From assembly GCA_021824345.1 (NCBI GenBank), contig JAKAKW010000012.1, forward strand, positions 1,491 through 65,490: 64,000 bases of DNA, in the 5' to 3' direction. Of the stretch, positions 55,743-64,000 are shown one piece after another. The DNA is from a bacterium. GTDB taxonomy: Bacteria > Patescibacteriota > Minisyncoccia > Phycocordibacterales > UBA9973. The translations under genes and the position numbers were made by a program. Within the stretch, counting starts at the first letter, position 1; each line of letters begins with the position of its first letter. Below the pieces are notes generated by a model. The model saw only the letters and a list, made by a program, of their open reading frames with translations, had not been told where the DNA came from and did no database searches.

Positions 55743-57083
55743 TTGTCAACCGGCGTGCCGGGAGTACAATATATATGTATGCCGAACTTTCAGCCCAAAA
55801 GCAGTCGGAAGGGTAATAACAGCAGGAAAGAGGCAGGCGCCTCTCCTGTCCATACCTCGACTGCCGGCGGAAGAAGCGAGAAAAGTTTGTTTCTGCACGC
55901 CGACGGAGACTCTTTCTTTGTGGCCTGCGAGCTCACAAAAAAACCGGAATTGAAAGGCAAACCGGTGATTGTGGGCGAGGATCGGGGGATCGCGGTGGCT
56001 ATGAGTCCGGAAGCGAAAAAGCTCGGCGTTACCCGGGGCATGCCTACCTTCCGCATCAAGCGGCTTTTCCCGGAGGTGGTGATACTTCCTCACCATTTTG
56101 ATTTGTACAATGAGATCTCCGAAAAGATGCGGCAGATACTTTCTTCGTACGCATGGGAGGTGGAAGGATACAGCATAGACGAGTGCTTCGCGCGGGTGAA
56201 GCCGTCGGAGATAAAATATTTCGGAGGGGAGAAAAAGTTTTTGTCCGAATTGAAAAATGAAATAGAGAAAACGCTAGGGGTTACATATTCCTTGGGTTTG
56301 GCTCGCACCAAGGCGCTCGCCAAACAGGCGTCCAAATTGGAAAAGCCGGGCGGAGCAGTGGTTCTTTTGACAAAAAAAGAGGAGACGGACGCGCTCAAAA
56401 GAACTCCCATTGAGGAAGTGTGGGGGATAGGACGGAGGACTGTTCCGAAGCTCGCTTCCTTGGGCATTGCCACCGCGTATGATCTGGTAAATTTTTCCGA
56501 ATCGGAAATATCCAGGCGGTTTTCCCGGCCCATGCTTGAACTGAAGAAAGAGCTTTCCGGGGAAAATATTTTTGAAGTGGAAAGCGACGTGGATCCGCGA
56601 GGGCAGAAATCGATCCAGGCCACGGCCACTTTCCGGCCGGCTTCGGCCGATCCGAAAGTCATCTGGCGGGAACTCTGCAAGAATGCCGAAGACGCCTGCG
56701 AGCATGCGCGAGAAATCCGGCTGGTCAGCAACAAGATTTCTTTCTTCGTAAAATCCAGCGAATTCAAATACCGCGAGGGCGGTGTGAAGCTCCCGCTTTT
56801 TTCTTCCGATCCCGGAATTGTTTTGAACGCCATTGAGCCGGAATTTCCGAAATTGCTCAAGAAAAAGGAGCGGATACGCTCCACCGGAGTGATTTTGGAA
56901 AATCTGACCCGGGAGGAAAAAGTCCCCCTGGATCTTTTCGGCCGGCAGAAAGAGGCGCTTAAGCGTTCCTCGGTGGAAGAAACGGCGGACAAAATCCGCC
57001 AGAAGTTCGGCAAGGATTCCATCAAGCGGGCGTCCTCGCTCGGGAAAAAGAGCGCCATAGCTATTCGAAAACATTTATTGTAA
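55743..57083 (+). CDS. dinB: Y-family DNA polymerase (DinB/UmuC-like)
   Basis: LHADGDSFFVACE catalytic Asp motif. SIDECF. Little-finger domain. The true start may be an internal Met (for example 55779). Confidence 0.8.
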   Translation: MSTGVPGVQYICMPNFQPKSSRKGNNSRKEAGASPVHTSTAGGRSEKSLFLHADGDSFFVACELTKKPELKGKPVIVGEDRGIAVAMSPEAKKLGVTRGMPTFRIKRLFPEVVILPHHFDLYNEISEKMRQILSSYAWEVEGYSIDECFARVKPSEIKYFGGEKKFLSELKNEIEKTLGVTYSLGLARTKALAKQASKLEKPGGAVVLLTKKEETDALKRTPIEEVWGIGRRTVPKLASLGIATAYDLVNFSESEISRRFSRPMLELKKELSGENIFEVESDVDPRGQKSIQATATFRPASADPKVIWRELCKNAEDACEHAREIRLVSNKISFFVKSSEFKYREGGVKLPLFSSDPGIVLNAIEPEFPKLLKKKERIRSTGVILENLTREEKVPLDLFGRQKEALKRSSVEETADKIRQKFGKDSIKRASSLGKKSAIAIRKHLL

Positions 57084-57094
57084 TATTTTAGAAT

Positions 57095-58243
57095 ATGATC
57101 ACTAAAGAGCTGGAAGATTTTATTAAGAAAGAAAAAAGTTTAGGTAAAGGCAGTGAACAAATACAAAATGAATTGCTTTCGCAGGGATGGACTGCCAGTG
57201 ACTTGAAAGAAGCTTTTGAGCATTTGAATTTAAATAACCAAGGTCAAATCCAGGTTTCACCTGTCGTTAAGTCAAAAAAGCCTCTTCATCCTGTTTTTAT
57301 GATTATATTGTTGTTAGTAATTACCGGCGGGGTTTCCGCTCATTATTTTCAGGATGAACTGGCCAAGTTGCCAATTCTTGATAAATTTTTTCAAGTGCAA
57401 AGAACAAGTCCGCAAGCGACAATAGAGGCAAATCTCCCGGAAACCCAGACGCAGCCGGAAGAACAGACAAATAACAGCGTCGCTTCTTCTGTTCTAGAGA
57501 AAAAGAACGATACCCTGCCTCTGCCCAAGCTGGACGATTATGCCGTAAAAATTATTTCTCCTTCTCCGGACACAAAGGTATCCTTTGGACAAAGCATAAC
57601 GGTAAAAATTGCGGCCGGAAGCAAAGTAAATTATCTTGAGTCAGTGTCCTTAGGACTTGATATGCCGGCAAGCCTTTCTGATTTGCAAAAATTCAGCGAA
57701 TACAAGAAGTCTTCTGATGGAGTATTTACTGTCGATTATAAAATATCGGATCCTCAGGAAGAAATGTTCGGAGGAACTCAATACCTTTATGTAAAAACTT
57801 CTCCCTTCAAGCTTGGTTCTTCCGTCAGACCAAGCGATGTTTCCGCAGATATTCAAAACTGGAAACTTGGATCGGACTCTGTTCCTTTGATTCTAGACTA
57901 CCCAGCTAAGCCTGTTTCCTTGGACGTAAATCCCGACCCGCTTAAGGTAAAAGTAGGTGGAAAAAATATAAACGGTATGTATATGCCTACTGCTCCCGTA
58001 GTGGATGTGAACTATGAGGACAAAAAACAAATGATTATTTTTGGCCTTTCTCTTCTTACGTATAAAGTGGAAAATCCGGACATCATAAGTGTTGTGGAGA
58101 CCAGTGACATTAAGCTATATTCCGACCAAAACAGGGTTCCTTTGACATCAGTGTTGGATATAAAGGCATTAAAGGTGGGTACAACTAAAATATCCTTTTT
58201 CTATAAAGGACTAACGAAGACAATCAATGTTATAACGGAATAA
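57095..58243 (+). CDS. Membrane-anchored hypothetical protein with extracytoplasmic Ig-like domains
   Basis: Single TM (VFMIILLLVITGGV). Beta-rich, Big-like C-terminal region. Confidence 0.5.
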   Translation: MITKELEDFIKKEKSLGKGSEQIQNELLSQGWTASDLKEAFEHLNLNNQGQIQVSPVVKSKKPLHPVFMIILLLVITGGVSAHYFQDELAKLPILDKFFQVQRTSPQATIEANLPETQTQPEEQTNNSVASSVLEKKNDTLPLPKLDDYAVKIISPSPDTKVSFGQSITVKIAAGSKVNYLESVSLGLDMPASLSDLQKFSEYKKSSDGVFTVDYKISDPQEEMFGGTQYLYVKTSPFKLGSSVRPSDVSADIQNWKLGSDSVPLILDYPAKPVSLDVNPDPLKVKVGGKNINGMYMPTAPVVDVNYEDKKQMIIFGLSLLTYKVENPDIISVVETSDIKLYSDQNRVPLTSVLDIKALKVGTTKISFFYKGLTKTINVITE

Positions 58244-58297
58244 GAAACCTGTTCTTCTCATTTTCCTCGGTATTTTAAAAGTGATACAATATCCAGC

Positions 58298-59581
58298 GTG
58301 AAGATCAAAAACTATCAAGAGCTAGCGATGAGCGAGGAGAGGAAAAAAGCGCTCAAGATCGCGGAGGCGGGGTATCAAGCCATAGACAGCGAAAATGTGA
58401 TAAACGGAGCCGTTTCCGTTTCTGACGACGCGCTCAAAGTACAGGGAAAAGAATTTCCGCTGGGCAAGGGAAAAATTTTAGTGATAGGGATAGGAAAGTG
58501 CTCTCTCTCCGCGGCCGGAGCCCTGGAAAAAATTCTGGGCGATCGCATCTCGGGCGGGGCGGTTCTGGATGTGAAAGAAGGAAAACTTGAGCGCTTGGAA
58601 ACATACAAGGGCACCCATCCGCTTCCGAGTCCCCAGAACAAAAAAGCGACCGAAAGAATCGTGAGCCTTTTGTCCGGCCTTTCCGAAGACGATCTTGTTA
58701 TTTTCATAATTTCCGGAGGCGGTTCTACTCTTCTGTATCTTCCGGAAGAGGGCAGAGAAAGCGAAGAGCTTCCGGTAATCCATGCTCTAATGGACGCGGG
58801 CGCTTCCATTCAGGAAATGAATACCGTGCGAAAGCATATGTCCAAGGCAAGGGGAGGATATTTGGCCAAATACATTTACCCCGCCAGGGGCATTGCCATG
58901 ATTTTTTCGGATGTGCCTGCAAACGATATCGGGTTCATATCTTCCGGCCCTACTGTGAAAGACGTCACCACAATAGAAGAAGCGGAGAAGGTGCTTTCCA
59001 AATACGGCATTCTGGAAAAATGCGGATTGAAAAACTGCGGGCTGATCCAGACTCCTAAAGAAGACAAATATTTTGAAAAAATGACGAATCTTCTGGTAGT
59101 TTCAAACCAGACCGCTCTTGATGCGATGAAAAATGAAGCGGAGAAGCTCGGACTTAAGGTGAAAATGTGCAGCAGTTGCCTGGCGGGAGAGGCGCGAGAA
59201 GTGGGAAAGGGGCTGGTGGACGAATTGAATAAAGATGCGGAGCCCGGCACGGTGATGCTCTACGGCGGAGAAACCACAGTGACAGTGAAGCATGACAATC
59301 CCGGCGGGCGGAATCAGGAGCTGGCGCTTTCGGCTCTGCGATACATCGGCGAGGGGCAGATAGTTATGCCTCTTGCTTCAGACGGCATAGACAATACCGA
59401 TCATGCCGGCGCCATATGTGATACAATATCAGCCAAGAAGGCCAAGGATCTTAATTTGGATCTTGAAGATTACCTCTCCAGGAACGACTCGTATGATTTT
59501 TGGCAAAAAGTCGGGGATTTTATCCTGACCGGCGACACCGGTTCGAACGTGTCTGATTTAATAGTAACCATAAAGTTTTAA
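58298..59581 (+). CDS. Glycerate kinase (MOFRL family)
   Basis: MOFRL N- and C-terminal domain signatures (ILVIGIGKCS; IISGGGSTLL; LYGGETTVTV; DGIDNTDHAG). Confidence 0.8.
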   Translation: MKIKNYQELAMSEERKKALKIAEAGYQAIDSENVINGAVSVSDDALKVQGKEFPLGKGKILVIGIGKCSLSAAGALEKILGDRISGGAVLDVKEGKLERLETYKGTHPLPSPQNKKATERIVSLLSGLSEDDLVIFIISGGGSTLLYLPEEGRESEELPVIHALMDAGASIQEMNTVRKHMSKARGGYLAKYIYPARGIAMIFSDVPANDIGFISSGPTVKDVTTIEEAEKVLSKYGILEKCGLKNCGLIQTPKEDKYFEKMTNLLVVSNQTALDAMKNEAEKLGLKVKMCSSCLAGEAREVGKGLVDELNKDAEPGTVMLYGGETTVTVKHDNPGGRNQELALSALRYIGEGQIVMPLASDGIDNTDHAGAICDTISAKKAKDLNLDLEDYLSRNDSYDFWQKVGDFILTGDTGSNVSDLIVTIKF

Positions 59582-62064
59582 TGAATAAGAAAAAAAGCCT
59601 GACCCTTCTGTTTAAAGAAGTCGGAATTGAGGACGTCGGTTTGGTGGGCGGAAAGAACGCGTCGCTCGGGGAAATGATCCGCAATTTGAAATCCAAAGGG
59701 GTGCCGGTTCCGGACGGATTCGTGGTTACGGCCGAAGCCTACAGATATTTTTTGAAAAAGACCGGATTGAAAAAGGTGATCAGAGACATTTTGACCGGAC
59801 TTGATACCAAGAACCTGCCGGATTTGGCCAAACGCTGCCGGCAAGTGCGGGAGGCAATCAAAGCTACGGAATTTCCGGAAGACCTGAAAAAAGAAATCAT
59901 AGAGAACTATCGGAAGATGGAAAAAACTTACGGCAAGAATGCGGACGTGGCGGTACGTTCTTCAGCCACAGCCGAAGATCTTCCGGGCGCGTCATTTGCG
60001 GGCGAGCATGATACATATCTCAATATTCGCGGAGCGGAAGCGGTGGTGCGGGCGGCCCGGAGCGCCATGGCCTCGCTTTTCACTGAGCGCGCCACGTCCT
60101 ATCGGGTAGACAAGGGTTTTGACCACTTCAAGGTGGCGCTTTCGGTCGGCGTGCAGAAAATGGTGCGATCCGACCTGGCCTGCTCGGGAGTGATGTTCTC
60201 CGTAGATACCGAGTCTGGTTTCAAAGACGTGGTTTTGATAAACGGTTCTTGGGGCTTGGGAGAAATGATCGTTCAGGGCGAGGTTACTCCGGACGAATTT
60301 CTGGTGTGGAAGCCCGGGCTGGCGGGAGCGGTGGGAGGCCTTGCCTCCCACCGCAGTGGGAGGCAAGGCCTCCCACGCGTTCCGATCATTGACAAAAAGC
60401 TCGGCACCAAGAATCGCAAGATGATATATTCCTCCTCCGGCAGGACTTCCACCAAGGAGACAAAAGTAGTGAACACCTCTCTCGTTGAAAAAAACAGCTG
60501 GGTGCTTAGCGAACCAGAGATTCTCCAATTGGCGAAGTGGGGAGCGGAAATTGAAGCGCATTACACCAAAAAACACAAAGGGAAATGGACCCCGATGGAT
60601 ATGGAATGGGCCAAGGACGGCCGAACGGGGAAGCTTTTCATCGTGCAAGCCCGGCCGGAGACCGTGCAGGCGGGCCGTGATTTTTCCAAAATTACCGAGT
60701 ATGAATTGAAAGGAAAGGGAAGAGTAGTGACCAAAGGCACTTCCGTGGGCAGTAAGATTGCCAGCGGAAAGGCCCGGGTGATACTGAATCCGAAGAACAT
60801 TAAAGATTTTAAGAAAGGAGAAGTGCTGGTGACCGGCATGACTGATCCGGATTGGGAGCCAATCATGAAAATAGCCGCGGCCATTGTTACGGACAAGGGC
60901 GGAAGAACTTCCCATGCCGCCATCGTTTCCCGGGAGCTCGGCATTCCGTGCGTTGTCGGCACCGAGAATGCCACAAAGAAAATTAAAACCGGACAGATCG
61001 TTACGGTAGACACGGCCGGCACGGAGGGGGTGGTATACGCGGGGGCCGTTCCGTTTAAAACCGTCAGCCACGATATCAAGAACTTGAAAAATCCGAAGAC
61101 GAAAATCATGATGAATATTGCCACGCCGGATACCGCTTTTGAAAAATCTTTCCTGCCCAACAACGGAGTCGGCCTTGCCCGGGAAGAGTTCATCATCGCT
61201 TCAAACATCGGCATCCATCCCAACGCGCTTTTGAACTACGGAAAGATTTCTTCCGCCAAGAATGATCCGGCAAAAAGAAAACTGGCGAGGGAGATAGAAA
61301 AAAGAACTGCCGGATACGGCAGCAAGACGAAGTTTTACGTGGACAAGCTCGCCTACGGCATTGCCAAAATCGGCGCCGCTTTTTATCCGAACCCGGTTAT
61401 CGTGCGCTTTTCCGATTTCAAGACCAATGAATATCGCACGCTCTTGGGCGGAGAAATGTACGAACCGGAAGAGGAAAATCCGATGATCGGCTGGCGGGGA
61501 GCTTCGCGGTATTACGATCCGGACTTCGCGTCCGCGTTTGCCCTGGAAGTGAAAGCGATCAAAAAAGTGCGCGAGGAAATCGGACTCGCAAATGTGCAAG
61601 TCATGGTTCCTTTTTGCCGTACGGCGGAAGAAGGGAAGAAAGTAGTCGGCCTTATCGAAAAGAACGGCTTGAAACGAAAATCGGGATTGAAAATTTATGT
61701 GATGTGCGAGATTCCGGCAAACGTGATTCTTGCCGACAAATTTCTGGACGTGTTTGACGGAATGAGCATAGGAAGCAACGACCTCACCCAGCTCACGGTG
61801 GGAATTGACCGCGACGGAAATGAAAAAGTGAAAAAAATCACGAACGAAAACGACCAGTCGGTGAAAACGCTGGTCAGCCAGGTTATCAAGACATGCAAGC
61901 GCCGGCGCAAATATATAGGCATCTGCGGGCAGGCGCCTTCGGACTATCCTGAATTCGCCGAGTTCCTGGTGCGAGAGGGGATTGAAAGCATGTCTCTAAA
62001 TCCGGATACGGTAATCAAGACTATAGTAAATACTCTTGCCGTAGAAAAGAAAGTGCGCAGGTAA
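59581..62064 (+). CDS. ppsA: Phosphoenolpyruvate synthase (pyruvate, water dikinase)
   Basis: N-terminal ATP-grasp region, central phosphohistidine domain (GGRTSHAAIVSRELGIPCVVG), C-terminal PEP-utilising TIM barrel. 827 aa. Confidence 0.9.
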   Translation: MNKKKSLTLLFKEVGIEDVGLVGGKNASLGEMIRNLKSKGVPVPDGFVVTAEAYRYFLKKTGLKKVIRDILTGLDTKNLPDLAKRCRQVREAIKATEFPEDLKKEIIENYRKMEKTYGKNADVAVRSSATAEDLPGASFAGEHDTYLNIRGAEAVVRAARSAMASLFTERATSYRVDKGFDHFKVALSVGVQKMVRSDLACSGVMFSVDTESGFKDVVLINGSWGLGEMIVQGEVTPDEFLVWKPGLAGAVGGLASHRSGRQGLPRVPIIDKKLGTKNRKMIYSSSGRTSTKETKVVNTSLVEKNSWVLSEPEILQLAKWGAEIEAHYTKKHKGKWTPMDMEWAKDGRTGKLFIVQARPETVQAGRDFSKITEYELKGKGRVVTKGTSVGSKIASGKARVILNPKNIKDFKKGEVLVTGMTDPDWEPIMKIAAAIVTDKGGRTSHAAIVSRELGIPCVVGTENATKKIKTGQIVTVDTAGTEGVVYAGAVPFKTVSHDIKNLKNPKTKIMMNIATPDTAFEKSFLPNNGVGLAREEFIIASNIGIHPNALLNYGKISSAKNDPAKRKLAREIEKRTAGYGSKTKFYVDKLAYGIAKIGAAFYPNPVIVRFSDFKTNEYRTLLGGEMYEPEEENPMIGWRGASRYYDPDFASAFALEVKAIKKVREEIGLANVQVMVPFCRTAEEGKKVVGLIEKNGLKRKSGLKIYVMCEIPANVILADKFLDVFDGMSIGSNDLTQLTVGIDRDGNEKVKKITNENDQSVKTLVSQVIKTCKRRRKYIGICGQAPSDYPEFAEFLVREGIESMSLNPDTVIKTIVNTLAVEKKVRR
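60331..60376. repeat. Two inverted copies of the Family-B palindromic element inside the ppsA reading frame
   Basis: GTGGGAGGCCTTGCCTCCCAC-cgca-GTGGGAGGCAAGGCCTCCCAC. Encodes ...AVGGLASHRSGRQGLPR... in frame. Confidence 0.6.
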
Positions 62065-62130
62065 AATCAGCCGAAGCGCGAATACTGTTTTTCGGCTTTT
62101 CTTTGCGCGATTTAGTGGTAAAATATTGGC

Positions 62131-63252
62131 ATGACAAAAATAACCAAAAGAAACTTGGTGATCCTGGTGGTGCTGGTAATTGCGGCAGTGGTAGTTACTG
62201 TTTTTACCGGAAACAAAAAACCGCTTCTGCCGCCGGAGGCGATGAACGCCGGCGCCAAGGCCGCGTCGCAGGTTTCCATAATCAAGCAAGACATTAAAGA
62301 AAGTAATTTTTCCGGTTCCGTGTCCGTGATTTCCGGCTCGTCTGCCGCGGCGGCTGAAGCTGAAAAATTTATGGAAAAGGAAGTGGCGGATTTTCGCGAC
62401 AGGGCGAACAAGGAAGTTCCGGCCATGCGGGCCGAGTTCGGAGCGGACGCTCCTCCCGCCAAATATTCCATAAATCTTGACGCCAAGTACGTGACAAGTC
62501 CGGCCACAGAATCTGTAATAGTCAGCGAATACGTATACACCGGCGGCGCCAACGGCATGAGCACCTACAAAGTTTTTACCGGCTCTCTTTCCACCGGAAA
62601 GATCCTGTCTCTGGGTGAAATGGTCAAGCCTTCCGAGCAAAGCGCTTTTTCCATGCTCGTAAAGCAAAAACTCCTTGCCTGGGTTCCCGAGGGTCTGGAT
62701 CAGCAGTTGGTTTTTCCGGAAGAAGTGAACAAACTGTCATTTGCGGATTTTTCGGATTGGTCCATGGACAACGAGGGCCTTACCATATACTTTGACAAAT
62801 ACGCCATTGGCCCGGGAGTAATGGGAGCTTTGGCTTTTACTCTGCCGTATTTTGAACTGCAAAACTACCTTTCCGTTCCGGTTTCTATTTCTTCGGATTC
62901 CATATTCGGGTGCTATGTGAATCGCATCGGTAAAGATGTGTATTCGCTTCGCTTGGACAGCGAGGAAAACGGGCAGCTTGCCGGATCGCTTTCCTACCAA
63001 AATTACCAGAAAGACAGCTCTTCGGGCACTTTTGCCGGAGAGTACGACAACGGCATTCTCCTGGGCGATTACGTGTTTAGCTCCGAAGGCATGCAGTCGA
63101 TTCGACAGGTGGTATTTAAAAAAGAAGGCAGTTCTTTCGTGGAAGGATTCGGCCCGACTGAAACAAAGGACGGAAAAGAGATGCTCAAAGATCCGAAAAG
63201 CGCAACTTTTGATTCAAAATCCGCGTTTGTCAAAGAAGCCTGCGGAAACTAG
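62131..63252 (+). CDS. Membrane-anchored DUF3298/DUF4163-like (RsiV-like) protein
   Basis: N-terminal TM, then a domain with YVYTGGANGMSTYKVF and YFDKYAIGPG motifs typical of DUF3298 proteins. Confidence 0.5.
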   Translation: MTKITKRNLVILVVLVIAAVVVTVFTGNKKPLLPPEAMNAGAKAASQVSIIKQDIKESNFSGSVSVISGSSAAAAEAEKFMEKEVADFRDRANKEVPAMRAEFGADAPPAKYSINLDAKYVTSPATESVIVSEYVYTGGANGMSTYKVFTGSLSTGKILSLGEMVKPSEQSAFSMLVKQKLLAWVPEGLDQQLVFPEEVNKLSFADFSDWSMDNEGLTIYFDKYAIGPGVMGALAFTLPYFELQNYLSVPVSISSDSIFGCYVNRIGKDVYSLRLDSEENGQLAGSLSYQNYQKDSSSGTFAGEYDNGILLGDYVFSSEGMQSIRQVVFKKEGSSFVEGFGPTETKDGKEMLKDPKSATFDSKSAFVKEACGN

Positions 63253-63287
63253 GAAAGGAAAAGCAGTTTTGGTATACTTCTTCCATA

Positions 63288-64000
63288 ATGCCTGAAGAAG
63301 AGAATCCGGTTCCGGAAAATGAACGCCCGTTTTTGGGCGCCCGTTTTTGGTTTTGGATGTTTTTTTTGTTTTTGGCTTTCGCTTTTGCTTTCTGGTTTCC
63401 CAAGTATCTGAATGTGGAGGAACAGCGGTATATATCGGGAGGGATGCCAAAAAGCATGGCGGAAAAATCTTCCGCCGAAGCGTTTCCGGCTTTTCCTCCG
63501 CTTGATAAAACGGCTTATGATCTCAAAATGGAAGAGCTGGCGAACAATCTGCCGATCGAAGTAAAATATAAAGTCATTAAAAGAGAAGAAACGGGTCCCA
63601 ACGGACAGCCTGTTTTAAAGGACGGCAAGCCGGTATTTGCCGAAGAGAAAGCGGCTCAGGAACCGATTCCGGCCGTTACCCGCCTTTGGCCTCCGATTGC
63701 CGCATATCCTGAAGGCGGAGCTATTCTTCCTTTCAATAGAATAGTGGCCTTTTACGGAAATTTGTATTCAAGGGACATGGGAGTGCTCGGAGAATACCCG
63801 GAAGATCAGATGCTTTCAATGCTGGAGGAAAAAGTAAAGGAGTGGCAGACGGCCGATCCGAATACTCCGGTGATACCCGCCTTGCATTACATCGCCGTGA
63901 CGGCGCAAGGAGCGCCCGGGGCGGACGGCAAGTATATTGCCCGCATGCCGGAGAGCCAGATAAAAAAAGTGCTGGCCATGGCGGATAAAATCCACGGGTT
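63288..64000 (+). CDS. Hypothetical membrane protein (partial, runs off the window end)
   Basis: Manual translation from the ATG at 63288 (MPEEENPVPENERPFLGARFWFWMFFLFLAFAFAFWF...) is open to the window end. Not in the track because it lacks a stop. Confidence 0.5.
   Translation, partial: MPEEENPVPENERPFLGARFWFWMFFLFLAFAFAFWFPKYLNVEEQRYISGGMPKSMAEKSSAEAFPAFPPLDKTAYDLKMEELANNLPIEVKYKVIKREETGPNGQPVLKDGKPVFAEEKAAQEPIPAVTRLWPPIAAYPEGGAILPFNRIVAFYGNLYSRDMGVLGEYPEDQMLSMLEEKVKEWQTADPNTPVIPALHYIAVTAQGAPGADGKYIARMPESQIKKVLAMADKIHG

Noticed and set aside
59992-61071. 359-aa minus-strand ORF inside ppsA
   Set aside because: Antisense to a conserved PpsA region. Biased R/G/H composition. Not a real gene.
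1-64000. Alternative genetic code (UGA=Gly, as in some CPR lineages)
   Set aside because: TGA terminates well-conserved proteins at their expected ends (for example ftsE), and an RF2 gene is present. Standard code 11 is assumed.

Overview
This 64 kb window looks like part of a small-genome, probably uncultivated bacterium. It uses the standard code: TGA serves as a stop (for example ftsE) and an RF2 gene is present. A Parcubacteria/CPR-like affiliation is inference only. Coding is dense and mostly on the minus strand, with housekeeping genes throughout. These include cysK, prfB, ftsE/ftsX, pyrG, a histidine kinase and OmpR-type regulator, eno, gpmA, a 2-hydroxyacid dehydrogenase, pyrD, iscS/iscU, nrdD/nrdG, an ECF sigma/anti-sigma pair, MacAB-like and MsbA-like ABC systems, a Y-family polymerase, glycerate kinase and ppsA. 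The window starts inside a very large, internally repetitive secreted protein. Two tRNA-Thr genes follow; one appears to be split by a ~230-nt group-I-like intron. A perfect G9/C10 palindrome and a DinD/Bro-N gene come next. Two families of short palindromic elements recur downstream of genes. One family is also inserted, in frame, inside ppsA. The main accessory region, which is AT-rich by eye, runs from about 39.6 to 55.7 kb. It carries gene remnants and a candidate defence-like island at about 42.9-52.2 kb. That island holds a QueC-like PP-loop protein, two adjacent HEPN-motif proteins, an alpha/beta hydrolase, a 1455-aa visibly GC-rich protein with a C-terminal Pol-beta-type nucleotidyltransferase motif, and a DGQHR (DndB/DpdB-like) protein. 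Copies of a ~70-nt repeated element punctuate the island. A compact ApbE / FMN-binding / membrane FNR-like cluster and a squalene/phytoene-synthase-like gene are also notable. The ORF track omits ORFs that run off the window edges, so both edge genes were called by manual translation.
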